Origin: a virus
DNA length: 64,000 nt
Direction: 5' to 3' (one strand)
Virus record (IMG/VR): IMGVR_UViG_3300025141_016157
Span: 96,347 to 160,346 of that record
Made by a program: the position numbers and the translations under genes
Part shown: positions 38,551 to 49,409 of the stretch, piece by piece
Numbering within the stretch: the first letter of the stretch is position 1
Layout of the letters: each line of letters begins with the position of its first letter
The notes under the pieces: generated by a model
Database searches by the model: none
Seen by the model: the letters and a program-made list of their open reading frames with translations, nothing else
Told to the model about the DNA's origin: nothing

Positions 38551-41500
38551 AATTAGGACTTTATGGCGGCGGATTTAAACCGTTTCACACAGGACATTTT
38601 GCAAAATTACTTCTTGCACTAGACGAGAGCGATAGAGTTCTTTCGTTTTTCGGAATAAAGAAGCAGAAGATAAGCAAGAAAACGGGAAAGCCTTTAAAGA
38701 CACATTTTAGAAAATTCGGTGATGGCCCTGATGCAAGAGATTTTAATCAAGAAATGCAAGAGAAAATTGTTGCCATCTACGAGAAAGCTTTACAAGATGC
38801 ATATCCTGGAACACTAGATGTTATACCATCAGCTGATATTACACCGATAACAAATGTCCATAGCATGCTAGATAGGTTTGCATATTCTCAGATGACAGAC
38901 GAAGAGAAGCAAGAAGTGGGAACAGGGGAAAGCATACCAGAACTAACCTATCAAAGCTCTGGTGAAGATGGTGGTTCAATAAAAATAGATTTTAACGATA
39001 TTGATGAAGTTATAGTTGTTGCAGGATCAGAAGAGATTAACGGTCCCGTTTACATGGGAGCAATCAATAGGCGCGCAGAAAGAGGTGATTCTCGCATTGG
39101 AGAAAAGGTGAAGGAGCTTGTTGATTTGGGAAAAATAAAGCTAACTTCTGGTACAGCAGATGAAGGAAGGCTTGTTAATCTTTTAAATCAATATCATGAC
39201 AATGCAACAGAAGATATGGTAACTGTAAGAGGGACAGGTGTCCGTGGCCTAGCTGGAAGTAGAGATGTAGAGAATCTAATTAAATACCTGCCTAATATTC
39301 TTCCTCAGGATCAAAAAGAAGAAATAATAAAAATACTAATAGGTGAAGAACAGCTAGAACCATCAGCGAAGACGGAGTCATTTTTTATGCCAATTATTAC
39401 AGATAGCACAGTCTTAAGAGCTGCAGCACGATTTACAGCAAGAAAAAAAATTAAAGAATCTGTAGCAAGAAAAAAGGGAGAGGATCATATACCCGGGTTG
39501 ACAGAAGATATGTCTCTTACATTTGATAATCTTAGAAGTCTTATTGACGATGTTCTTAGCGGAAGAGTTGAGCATGTTGAGGAAAAGATGGATGGTCAAA
39601 ATTTTACATTCACCGTCCTTGATAATGGTGAAATAAGACTGTTTGGAAAAGGTGTTAGTGCAACTACATTAGAAAAAGGCGGAGCTGGAAGAGATGATAT
39701 TAGAGATCATCAAAGGTGGAATGAAAATGTTAAAGATGCTTTTGGATCTGGATATGATGTTGTAGATAAATACCTTGATGGTAAGGATGCTGATCTCATA
39801 AAAAGATTCTTTCAAAATGGAAAAGTTGTAGTTGAAGGACAGGTTATGACTCCGGCAAATCCTAATACGATACCATATACAGAAAATCATGTACGGTTTA
39901 TTAGACCGTTCACGCCTTATGATACTGAGATAGATCAGGATTCTTACAGAGATCTATTTTCAGATGCAGATGTAGAAATTCAAGATGAAAAAGGCCGTGA
40001 GTGGTCACTAGGTCATGTTCCAAAGCTTAAACAAGTTCAAGTTGATGCAAGCGAGATGCATGGAAAAATACAGGAATTACAAAGTGACATAGACAATCTT
40101 TTGTCAGGTATGGATCCCACCCCTCAGACTGTTGGTGAATATGCATCCCATGTATTAGAAAAATACATTGAAAGAGTTTCACCCCAGCTTGATCTAAGTG
40201 GTCTCAGCAGTGATCAAAAGAGAAGAGCACTTCAAAGACTTGCAACGGGCGATAAAAAAGTAATTGGAAAACCTGAAATGGGAAGTGCCTGGGCTGAGTT
40301 CCAGCAATTTGAAAAAATGAGAACTGCTCATGTATCTGCTGCAATAGCAGATCTAGAAAAAATTGTTCAAAAATTAGGGTCTTACTTTTTCGATACTCTT
40401 GAGTTTGCCTTGGCAACAAATGAGGGTGTGGTTGCAGAGCTAGCAAATGAAGTTGAGAAAATAAAACGTGCAAGAGAATCAGACCAGATAGTAGTTAAAA
40501 ATATTGAAACTGGCGATGTGTCTGATATGATTGATTCTAAATGGGCTACAAAGTTAGATACTTCTCTGGCACGAGTCGAACAGATGGATCTATTTAAAAA
40601 AGCTGTAGAGGGTGTCGTCCTTAGGTTCTCTGGCGATGATGGTAGAGACATTGTCACAAAATTAACAGGAATGTTTACACCGGTTCATAGGCTCGTAGGT
40701 CTTTTCAGATATCCAGATAGAAGCTCAAAAAGCCTTCTTTCAATTCAAATTCCAGATATTGAAGATGATATAGAAAGTGAAGATCTTACAGATGAAGAGG
40801 TTGATGCAATTAACGAAGTCCTTAGAGAGTTTGCTTTTAAACTGGGCTGGGAGAATATATTAATTGAAGGAGGTGCAGCATTTAAAAATATAGATGGTGA
40901 TAGTTTAACTACTAATATTGAATTAAAAAATGTCAATGATACTCTTGAAGATTTCTTCTCTAGCCACTTAAAACCTGCTGGTGTTGATATCTATAGACCT
41001 ATAGGAAGCACAGGTAAGAAATCGAAATCTGGTGATCTTGATATAGTGATTGGATCACCTCAAGGTATTGACAATCGTACTTTTAAAAATAAACTACTTG
41101 GTGCAATTCAATCTTCAATAGTAGACGGAGATGCAAAGCTTGTTGGACAAAATATAGCAGTAATGTATCCGATTAAAGGTTCACAACATGATGATTATGT
41201 TCAGATAGATATTATGATTGATAAATGTCCAGATGATGCATGCTGGCTTATGGCTGGAACAGGAGACGGTGAGATCAAAGGTGTGTATAGAAATTTACTA
41301 CTTAGCCATATTGCAAAAAGGCTAAGCCAGGATTCAGAAAACACACTATTCCCAGATGAAAAGATAGTAATATCAAACCCCGGCGGTCTTCAGTATAAGA
41401 GAATTAAAGACAATATAGACGGTCACCCTCATGATAAAAAGAATAATAAGAAGTGGACTAATATAGGGGAAAAAATTACTTCACCAGAAGAGATATTAAA

Positions 41501-43235
41501 AATATTGGGAATTAACATTTCACCAGAAGAGGCATTGACATTTCGTGGTGTTGCAAATGCAATAAATTCTGATCCGTCTCTTCAAAAGTACTTTGTTTCC
41601 GGTGATGCTAGTGATGGATTTGAAAGACTTTCATTTGAGGAATACATCTCTAGACACTTGACAGATGACAAGACATCACAAGAAGCTAGAAAAGCAGTAG
41701 AATATATTAATAATCTTAGCCTAGATGGAAATATTTCAACCCTGGCACTAGACGAACAAATAATCATACAGCAAATAGTCAGTAAAATTCTATCAGAGGG
41801 TAATTCAAATTCTTCGTCATTCCCATTTTCAAAAATTAGATGGTCTGACAAACTAAAGATGTTTTCATCCGGAAAGTGGAATCTTTGGCAAGAAAGGGTT
41901 TCAGCAACAGCAGACGGTGGAAAAGATCCAGAAGGTGCAGAGAAAGCTGTTGCTGCTATGGAGAACTTAATATACATTAGTCAAAATGGATATTCCGTAG
42001 TGGGCCAAGAAGGCGGAGGAATTCTTATACAGGGAAAGGGGATTAATGCAAAACTTGATGCTGATGAGGCTGTGGAGTATATTATTGGAATCAGAACAAG
42101 CGAGGATGAAGGAGAGCCAGCTCTTCCAAAAGTTAGAATAAGACACGTTGCAGGAACAAAACCATATGATCTAGAGCTTGCAGAGAATGGTGAGGCACTC
42201 GAGGTTAAAAAGATGGGCGGTAAAGATAGGCTTTCAAAGCTTGGATCTGCAACAGGCCGTGTCTTCGATAGACAGGTTAAGATTATAAGGCCCATTAGAG
42301 ATGCTGGACAAATTTCACAAAAGTTTATTGAAACTGGTTCAATTATTGATGAAAACGGCGCAGCTCTGATTAGAAGGATAGATTCTCCCCCTGAGGGATT
42401 TGAAATAGAAAATGTTGCAAAAGCAGTTGAAATGGTAGATTACTTTTTCAATAAGATTAGATTTGGAAACTCTAAAAAAGAACTTCCGGGAATAATGATA
42501 AAAGTAGAGGGTGGCCAGCTAGGCGCAGGAATGGTAAGAAAAATAAAGAGAAATGATCTTTTGAATATTCCAGATATGGGCAATCTCTTTGACATATGTA
42601 AAAAAGTATTAAATAATACACTTGGTGACTACTCTCCTGGAAAAGCAAGAGGGGATGACAGGGAGGGTGACAGTGTAGACGTTAAAGCTCAAACAGGAAA
42701 TACTGAATTTGAAGGCAAGGTATCGCTTGATTATTTTTACGATGAACTTATTTATAAACTATTTGACACAGATGAAGACAGTGTCGAGATAGATCCAGAA
42801 TTAATAGAATCATATGCGCAGTCGATAGAGATGCTCTCTGAAATCTATTCAGCTCTTGTCAAGATTAAAAATAATCAAGGAGAAGATGTATTCGATAATT
42901 TTATTTCAGATCTTCACTACGGGGGATTTTATGGCGTAGATTCGGAAGCCTATTATTCAATACCATGTGACTCAGATCATCTCGAAGTATATGGGACAAC
43001 TCAGGGATTCAGAGCTGTTCTTTCAATGAAGTCAATCCCACCTGAGGGCAGGGGTATATCTAGTGTAAAAATTAAAAAACCTGTTCCAGAAGAAGAGGTA
43101 GACCTTGAAGTCGATTTAAACTCTATAGATCCAAAGAAAGAGAATCCTGATGAGACACAAGATCATGATGTAGAAGAGATCGATATAGAAAAGATAGAGA
43201 ATGAAGAATCAGAAGATACCAGAGAAGATAGTTGA
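38547..43235 (+). CDS. Multidomain protein: HIGH-type nucleotidyltransferase + KxDG ligase-like + pol-beta NTase + PD-(D/E)xK-like domain
   Basis: GGGFKPFHTGH; EEKMDGQN..EGVVL..KLTG; GSTGKKSKSGDLDIV..VQIDI; PYDL..LEVK. Confidence 0.7.
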   Translation: MKLGLYGGGFKPFHTGHFAKLLLALDESDRVLSFFGIKKQKISKKTGKPLKTHFRKFGDGPDARDFNQEMQEKIVAIYEKALQDAYPGTLDVIPSADITPITNVHSMLDRFAYSQMTDEEKQEVGTGESIPELTYQSSGEDGGSIKIDFNDIDEVIVVAGSEEINGPVYMGAINRRAERGDSRIGEKVKELVDLGKIKLTSGTADEGRLVNLLNQYHDNATEDMVTVRGTGVRGLAGSRDVENLIKYLPNILPQDQKEEIIKILIGEEQLEPSAKTESFFMPIITDSTVLRAAARFTARKKIKESVARKKGEDHIPGLTEDMSLTFDNLRSLIDDVLSGRVEHVEEKMDGQNFTFTVLDNGEIRLFGKGVSATTLEKGGAGRDDIRDHQRWNENVKDAFGSGYDVVDKYLDGKDADLIKRFFQNGKVVVEGQVMTPANPNTIPYTENHVRFIRPFTPYDTEIDQDSYRDLFSDADVEIQDEKGREWSLGHVPKLKQVQVDASEMHGKIQELQSDIDNLLSGMDPTPQTVGEYASHVLEKYIERVSPQLDLSGLSSDQKRRALQRLATGDKKVIGKPEMGSAWAEFQQFEKMRTAHVSAAIADLEKIVQKLGSYFFDTLEFALATNEGVVAELANEVEKIKRARESDQIVVKNIETGDVSDMIDSKWATKLDTSLARVEQMDLFKKAVEGVVLRFSGDDGRDIVTKLTGMFTPVHRLVGLFRYPDRSSKSLLSIQIPDIEDDIESEDLTDEEVDAINEVLREFAFKLGWENILIEGGAAFKNIDGDSLTTNIELKNVNDTLEDFFSSHLKPAGVDIYRPIGSTGKKSKSGDLDIVIGSPQGIDNRTFKNKLLGAIQSSIVDGDAKLVGQNIAVMYPIKGSQHDDYVQIDIMIDKCPDDACWLMAGTGDGEIKGVYRNLLLSHIAKRLSQDSENTLFPDEKIVISNPGGLQYKRIKDNIDGHPHDKKNNKKWTNIGEKITSPEEILKILGINISPEEALTFRGVANAINSDPSLQKYFVSGDASDGFERLSFEEYISRHLTDDKTSQEARKAVEYINNLSLDGNISTLALDEQIIIQQIVSKILSEGNSNSSSFPFSKIRWSDKLKMFSSGKWNLWQERVSATADGGKDPEGAEKAVAAMENLIYISQNGYSVVGQEGGGILIQGKGINAKLDADEAVEYIIGIRTSEDEGEPALPKVRIRHVAGTKPYDLELAENGEALEVKKMGGKDRLSKLGSATGRVFDRQVKIIRPIRDAGQISQKFIETGSIIDENGAALIRRIDSPPEGFEIENVAKAVEMVDYFFNKIRFGNSKKELPGIMIKVEGGQLGAGMVRKIKRNDLLNIPDMGNLFDICKKVLNNTLGDYSPGKARGDDREGDSVDVKAQTGNTEFEGKVSLDYFYDELIYKLFDTDEDSVEIDPELIESYAQSIEMLSEIYSALVKIKNNQGEDVFDNFISDLHYGGFYGVDSEAYYSIPCDSDHLEVYGTTQGFRAVLSMKSIPPEGRGISSVKIKKPVPEEEVDLEVDLNSIDPKKENPDETQDHDVEEIDIEKIENEESEDTREDS

Positions 43236-43473
43236 TCAGCTAATTGAAGTTTCACAGTATGCAGGTGACTGCGATGACTGGATGATAATTAAAAAAGAAG
43301 TGATGAAAAGTATACCTTCTAGCCTTAGGATGCTATTTTCTAGAAGAGATCCTATAACAAAAGAGCAAGTTCCAAATGATTTTGATAATCTTGTAATAGA
43401 ATATTATTTTAATATCACGGGAACCCGGCTTAAGATACGGACACTTGAAGAAAGAAGAAAACTAAAAAATTAA
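43201..43473 (+). CDS. Hypothetical protein
   Basis: 90-aa ORF overlapping the end of the previous gene. Confidence 0.55.
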   Translation: MKNQKIPEKIVDQLIEVSQYAGDCDDWMIIKKEVMKSIPSSLRMLFSRRDPITKEQVPNDFDNLVIEYYFNITGTRLKIRTLEERRKLKN

Positions 43474-43517
43474 CATTTTAAAATATTGTCTTATAGTTTT
43501 TTTATCAGGAGATTCTT

Positions 43518-43859
43518 ATGAGTGAAAACTGGATTCCAGAAATGTTATATGAAGAGGGCGAGGACGGTGAGTCATCTGCAATTCCCTTTATTATGGTTCC
43601 TCCGGGAGAGGAAATGCCCAAGCTTTTATATGTCTTTGAAAGTAGAGATACACAACAGTTTGAACCAGGAGCAGAAGGAGAAGAAATACCAATTATTGAA
43701 TGGGATCTTCATCAGTATGCAGACATGGTTGTTTTAAAAGATGGTCTCGATCTAGAGACTTATGATGCAGTTAGAGAGTGTCTTGGATTAGAACCGTTGA
43801 ATGTTGCAGTTGAAAAGGGTATAAAGATTACAAATACTGTTCGTGAAAATCTAGTTTAG
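43518..43859 (+). CDS. Hypothetical protein
   Basis: AGGAG SD, 113 aa. Confidence 0.7.
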   Translation: MSENWIPEMLYEEGEDGESSAIPFIMVPPGEEMPKLLYVFESRDTQQFEPGAEGEEIPIIEWDLHQYADMVVLKDGLDLETYDAVRECLGLEPLNVAVEKGIKITNTVRENLV

Positions 43860-43877
43860 TAAAAACAAATTTTGCGT

Positions 43878-43885
43878 AATAATTA
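43878..43885 (+). promoter_or_regulatory. AATANTTA motif (putative late promoter)
   Basis: AATAATTA then GGAGG SD. Confidence 0.5.
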
Positions 43886-43909
43886 AATAGTGATTGGAGG
43901 CATTTAAAA

Positions 43910-44434
43910 ATGAACCTAGACGTTGATAGACTTGCACAACTAGCCGGGTTACCGGTTTCTACAAAGAGAAATCTTAACGAAGCTTCAAATAGAAGCATGC
44001 ATGATGACCCATCTGTTTCTGATGAGAAAGATCATCGCTTTGGAAAGAACCAATTGTCTGAAAGAGGCTCAAAGAAAGGTGACCAGTCTGCTACTCACTC
44101 AGACTATGAAAAAAATGAGGGTGGTGCCAAGAAAGGTGACCAGTCTGCTACTCACTCAGACTTTGAAGAGGCACTCAGTCTTCCCGATGAAAAGATTATG
44201 GGTGAGGAAGATGAAGTCGTTGATATTAATGAAGCAATGCTTGCCAAAGAGATTAAGAGAATGAGAAGGGAAAGACTTCAAGAGAATGAGCTTAGAGGAA
44301 TTATTAGAGCTGAGATTGGATCTATTATAAAAGATCTTAAGAAAGAGTCGTCAAGAGGCAGCTCTCGTTCTAGGTCGCGTGCCAACAAAATGAGACAGGT
44401 TACAATGGGAATTCCAGGTCCTGGATTTAGATAA
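43910..44434 (+). CDS. Low-complexity protein with internal repeat (putative head core protein)
   Basis: RLAQLAGL..LNE; repeat KKGDQSATHSD(Y/F)E; LQENELRGIIRAEI. Confidence 0.7.
   Translation: MNLDVDRLAQLAGLPVSTKRNLNEASNRSMHDDPSVSDEKDHRFGKNQLSERGSKKGDQSATHSDYEKNEGGAKKGDQSATHSDFEEALSLPDEKIMGEEDEVVDINEAMLAKEIKRMRRERLQENELRGIIRAEIGSIIKDLKKESSRGSSRSRSRANKMRQVTMGIPGPGFR
44072..44162 (+). repeat. 34-bp perfect direct repeat x2, 57-bp period, in frame
   Basis: aagaaaggtgaccagtctgctactcactcagact at 44072-44105 and 44129-44162. Confidence 0.9.
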
Positions 44435-44457
44435 ATCTAAATTAATTCTAATTAGTA

Positions 44458-44489
44458 AAAAAAGCCGGATTTTTTAATCCGGCTTTTTT
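44458..44489. terminator. Rho-independent (bidirectional-type) terminator
   Basis: AAAAAAGCCGGATT-tttt-AATCCGGCTTTTTT perfect stem with T/A tails. Confidence 0.85.
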
Positions 44490-44529
44490 ATTTTTCTTTT
44501 TTTATGTGTATAATCTCTAAGAGGTTATA

Positions 44530-44962
44530 ATGAATTTTTCCGTTGGACAGGTAGTCTACCTATTAACTAAAAAAGATCCAAATGTCTATCCAGCACTTGT
44601 TTGTGAAGAAATTCACAAAAGATCTCTTACTGGAAAAACAACGAGCTATGTTGTCAGACTTCCAACAAAAGATTCACAAGAAGTTGAGCTTGATAAGCTA
44701 GATGCAGAGGTATTCACTGGTATTGATGAGGCTAGGTCTGAGATGATATCAAGAGCAACAGACCAGATTAACTTTATATTAGGAAAAGCAGAGGAAATAA
44801 GCTCAGTGTTTTCTGAGTTTGTAATTAATGAAAGTGAAAATCTTTCTGAAAATAGCAGCCCAGACATCCTAATTCCAGAAGAATATGCAACAGTTGACCT
44901 GGGTGATGGCCAGGTTGCAAGAATTAATGTTGGTGAAATTGACAAGATGAAGGGAGAAAGAG

Positions 44963-44970
<8 letters not shown>
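44530..44970 (+). CDS. Hypothetical protein
   Basis: GAGG SD; FSVGQVVY SH3-like start. Confidence 0.7.
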
Positions 44971-46748
<1,778 letters not shown>

Positions 46749-46763
46749 CTAAGAGAAATCTCG

Positions 46764-46771
46764 AATACTTA
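46764..46771 (+). promoter_or_regulatory. AATANTTA motif (putative late promoter)
   Basis: AATACTTA then GAGG SD. Confidence 0.5.
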
Positions 46772-46791
46772 TGTATTGAGGATCATGGTCA

Positions 46792-47172
46792 ATGATTGAT
46801 ATAGAGTCATTAGAAAGATTAATAGAAGCTATTATTTTAAATGAGTACGAAGAGACTAGGCTGGATAAAGCACTAGTAAATGTTAATTGCCTCCTTAAGC
46901 TTGATAAAGATTCTCACGTTCCTGATACACTTACGAGAATACGAGTCCTGCCAACTGTTTCTGTTGTAGGACAAAAATCTCCTGTTAATAGAGGCGGTGA
47001 CGGTGCCTCTGTAGAAGTATATGTCAAGTTTTTGCCAAACGGTTCTGACACCTACAAGAATCTAATTAATATAGCAAAATTAATAAAAGCATTGCCAGGA
47101 ATAAATATTGTAAAAGTTACAGAGCTTGACGGCAAAAAAGTTTCCTATAAGGGCAAGCCAATAATTGTCTAA
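46792..47172 (+). CDS. Hypothetical protein with N-terminal tag
   Basis: MIDIESLERLIEAIILNE. Confidence 0.65.
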   Translation: MIDIESLERLIEAIILNEYEETRLDKALVNVNCLLKLDKDSHVPDTLTRIRVLPTVSVVGQKSPVNRGGDGASVEVYVKFLPNGSDTYKNLINIAKLIKALPGINIVKVTELDGKKVSYKGKPIIV

Positions 47173-47175
47173 AAC

Positions 47176-47204
47176 GTGTAAAGTTAGAAATTTTATGCTA
47201 TAAT
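47176..47204 (+). promoter_or_regulatory. Class I promoter GTGTAA-N17-TATAAT (extended -10 TG)
   Basis: GTGTAA 47176-47181, TGc-TATAAT 47199-47204. Confidence 0.7.
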
Positions 47205-47229
47205 AATAACATGCTGTCAAGGAGGAACT

Positions 47230-47481
47230 ATGCAGCTAAATTTGATTAACGGAGATAGACTTCCGTCTACTTCAGACTATGATATTAATCGATCAATTGA
47301 AGATTTAACAAGGCGTCTTAGGGATTCTGGTGCAAACTGGAGAGTTTCCGGGGGCAAGAGAAAGAAAGAAATGGGACTATTTCTTGAAACTGAGATTTGT
47401 TATCTTCAACGTGAGATCATGTGGAGAAGGTGTAGAGAAGTTCATCACCAAAACTATCTCAAAGGTTTACAAAAAAGATAG
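47230..47481 (+). CDS. Hypothetical protein
   Basis: AAGGAGG SD. Confidence 0.7.
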   Translation: MQLNLINGDRLPSTSDYDINRSIEDLTRRLRDSGANWRVSGGKRKKEMGLFLETEICYLQREIMWRRCREVHHQNYLKGLQKR

Positions 47482-47525
47482 TTTTCAATTCAATATTGGT
47501 GTCTATATTATACTGTACAAAAAAC

Positions 47526-47554
47526 GTGCAAGTTTAAAAATTAAAAATTAAAAT
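47526..47554 (+). promoter_or_regulatory. Class I-like promoter GTGCAA-N17-TAAAAT before the sigma gene
   Basis: aaaacGTGCAA context matches aaaacGTGTAA at 47171. Confidence 0.5.
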
Positions 47555-47593
47555 ATAAAAGTTAAAACATAAAAGTTAAAACAGGAGAAAAAC

Positions 47594-48319
47594 ATGGGTA
47601 ATTTACTTGATGTATATATGAAAGATGTTGGGAAATCTTCACTGCTCTCTCGAGAGCAAGAGGTTGAACTTTGCAAAAGAATTGAAATGGGCGATAGCTC
47701 TGCAAGAGATAAGATGATACAAAGCAATCTTAGACTTGCAATTAGCATTGCAAAGAGGTACTACAGAAGTGGATGCCCAATGGAAGACCTAATCCAGGAA
47801 TCTAATATTGGTCTCATGAAAGCAGTTGAGAGATTTGACTGGAGAAGGGGATTTAAGTTTAGTACATACGCAAGCTGGTGGATTAAGCAATCTGTATCGC
47901 GGTACGTAGCATCACATAAAAATACAGTTAGAGTTCCCTCTCATGCAATTTCACTTGCATATAAAGTAAAGAATCTAATTAAAGAATATGAAGAGGATCT
48001 CGGGAGCGTTCCGTCTGTTAAGGAAATAGCATCTCTTCTTGGTGTTACTGAGTCCATGGTTGAGCTGAGTGTTGAATCTCTTAAGCTTAATAATATTCTA
48101 TCTATTGATACACCGGTTGGTGATGCAGATTCATCTAGAACTATCGGTGACATGATTGAAGATAAAGATGCAAACTCTGTTGAAGATATACTAGATAACC
48201 AAAAAATAAGATCAGTAATTGTAGCTTCGCTTTCTAGACTAAGCAAAAGAGAAGAACAGGTTTTAAGATTGAGATTTGGAATCTCTGAAATTGAAAACGC
48301 AGAAGACTTTGAAATTTAA
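47594..48319 (+). CDS. Sigma70-family factor, regions 1.2-4.1 (lacks the region 4.2 HTH)
   Basis: YMKDVG..LLSREQE (1.2), SNLRLAISIAKRY, DLIQE.NIGLMKAVERFD, FSTYASWWIKQ (2), SIDTPVG (3.2), LSKREEQVLRLRFGI, then stop. Confidence 0.9.
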   Translation: MGNLLDVYMKDVGKSSLLSREQEVELCKRIEMGDSSARDKMIQSNLRLAISIAKRYYRSGCPMEDLIQESNIGLMKAVERFDWRRGFKFSTYASWWIKQSVSRYVASHKNTVRVPSHAISLAYKVKNLIKEYEEDLGSVPSVKEIASLLGVTESMVELSVESLKLNNILSIDTPVGDADSSRTIGDMIEDKDANSVEDILDNQKIRSVIVASLSRLSKREEQVLRLRFGISEIENAEDFEI

Positions 48320-48330
48320 AGGAGAAAGTT

Positions 48331-48624
48331 ATGCCAATGCCTAAAGGACACAAATCAGAAAATGGATACGCAACAGTTCAAGGACAAGGAGGACTTGGAT
48401 ACAGAGAGATTGCAGAACATATGACAGAGTGTGGAGATTCAATGAATCACTCTACTGCTCGAAATATATTTCTTCGTGCTGTTAAGAAAGTTGCAAGAGA
48501 TGCATGCACAATGACAGGCTCTACTGCTACAGAAAATGAAATCGAAAAGATCGCATCTGATCCCAGGTTTCAAGCAGGCCTAATTGAAATAATTAGCGAT
48601 GAATCCTCTAGAATTCTTATTTAA
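48331..48624 (+). CDS. Stand-alone sigma region-4.2-like HTH protein
   Basis: GLGYREIAEHM..MNHSTARNIFLRAVKKV; own AAGGAG SD. Confidence 0.65.
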   Translation: MPMPKGHKSENGYATVQGQGGLGYREIAEHMTECGDSMNHSTARNIFLRAVKKVARDACTMTGSTATENEIEKIASDPRFQAGLIEIISDESSRILI

Positions 48625-48895
48625 GTCTCTTCAGTCACTAAATACTGAGACTGCGCTTCTGGAAGCTTGTGAGTGGGATGAGGATAGAGTTTTGTATGTC
48701 AAGGATTGTCTTGAAACATCACTAGCAGAAATACTTAAAAGTAATGATACATTTTCACTTATTGATATTTCAAAAGAAATTAGAAAAAAAATGTTGAATA
48801 CTATTAGTGAAAAAGAGGCTAACGTCTGCCTACATATTGTTGATGGGCTATTACATAGCACTGCAATTATAAAAGGAGATAGTTATGAAAATTAA
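48599..48895 (+). CDS. Hypothetical protein
   Basis: ORF in operon order. Confidence 0.6.
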   Translation: MNPLEFLFKSLQSLNTETALLEACEWDEDRVLYVKDCLETSLAEILKSNDTFSLIDISKEIRKKMLNTISEKEANVCLHIVDGLLHSTAIIKGDSYEN

Positions 48896-49145
48896 GCTTT
48901 CTTATTTTTTAGGAAAAAGAAAAACAAACATTAAAGATCTTTGTAGAAATTACAGGATAAAGAGTTACAATTCTTTGTGTGATTTTCTTCAAGAGAATAG
49001 AGTTGAGGAGCCTTCCGAAAAAGATGTATCTTATATTTTCCGTAGTGAAGATAAAAAAAAATCTGAAAAACCTGCTTCGCAAAAGGGAAAATCATCAAGC
49101 TTGAAAAAGAATTCAGGAAACTATAGACCAGGCCCGAAGAAATAA
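48885..49145 (+). CDS. Basic hypothetical protein
   Basis: AAGGAG SD. Confidence 0.65.
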   Translation: MKIKLSYFLGKRKTNIKDLCRNYRIKSYNSLCDFLQENRVEEPSEKDVSYIFRSEDKKKSEKPASQKGKSSSLKKNSGNYRPGPKK

Positions 49146-49155
49146 ACATCATAAA

Positions 49156-49407
49156 ATGATTGAAACAGACGGAATTGCTATTGTAAATGATAGGTGCTAT
49201 ATAGATCTTGAATCTCATATAGTTGCAATTCAATTTGACAGAGTTACGTTTACAGTTCATGTTGAAGAGTTTTTAGATTTTTTTAATTCAATAGACAGTG
49301 TAAGAGAATATCTTATTAACTCTGACAGCTATGTAGTTGGAACTACTATGCAGGGAGAGAGAGAAGAGATAATTGTTCCAAAGCCCACAGATGAAGAGTG
49401 CTCATAG
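49156..49407 (+). CDS. Hypothetical protein
   Basis: ORF in operon order. Confidence 0.6.
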   Translation: MIETDGIAIVNDRCYIDLESHIVAIQFDRVTFTVHVEEFLDFFNSIDSVREYLINSDSYVVGTTMQGEREEIIVPKPTDEECS

Positions 49408-49409
49408 AG

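Noticed and set aside
44072-44162. CRISPR-like repeat
   Set aside because: Only two copies, in frame within a CDS with a 23-bp coding gap, and no cas genes.
48301-48333. Programmed frameshift or readthrough joining the two sigma parts
   Set aside because: The ORFs are in different frames, so readthrough cannot join them. The AAATTTA heptamer is in the wrong phase for -1 slippage, and the second ORF has its own strong SD.
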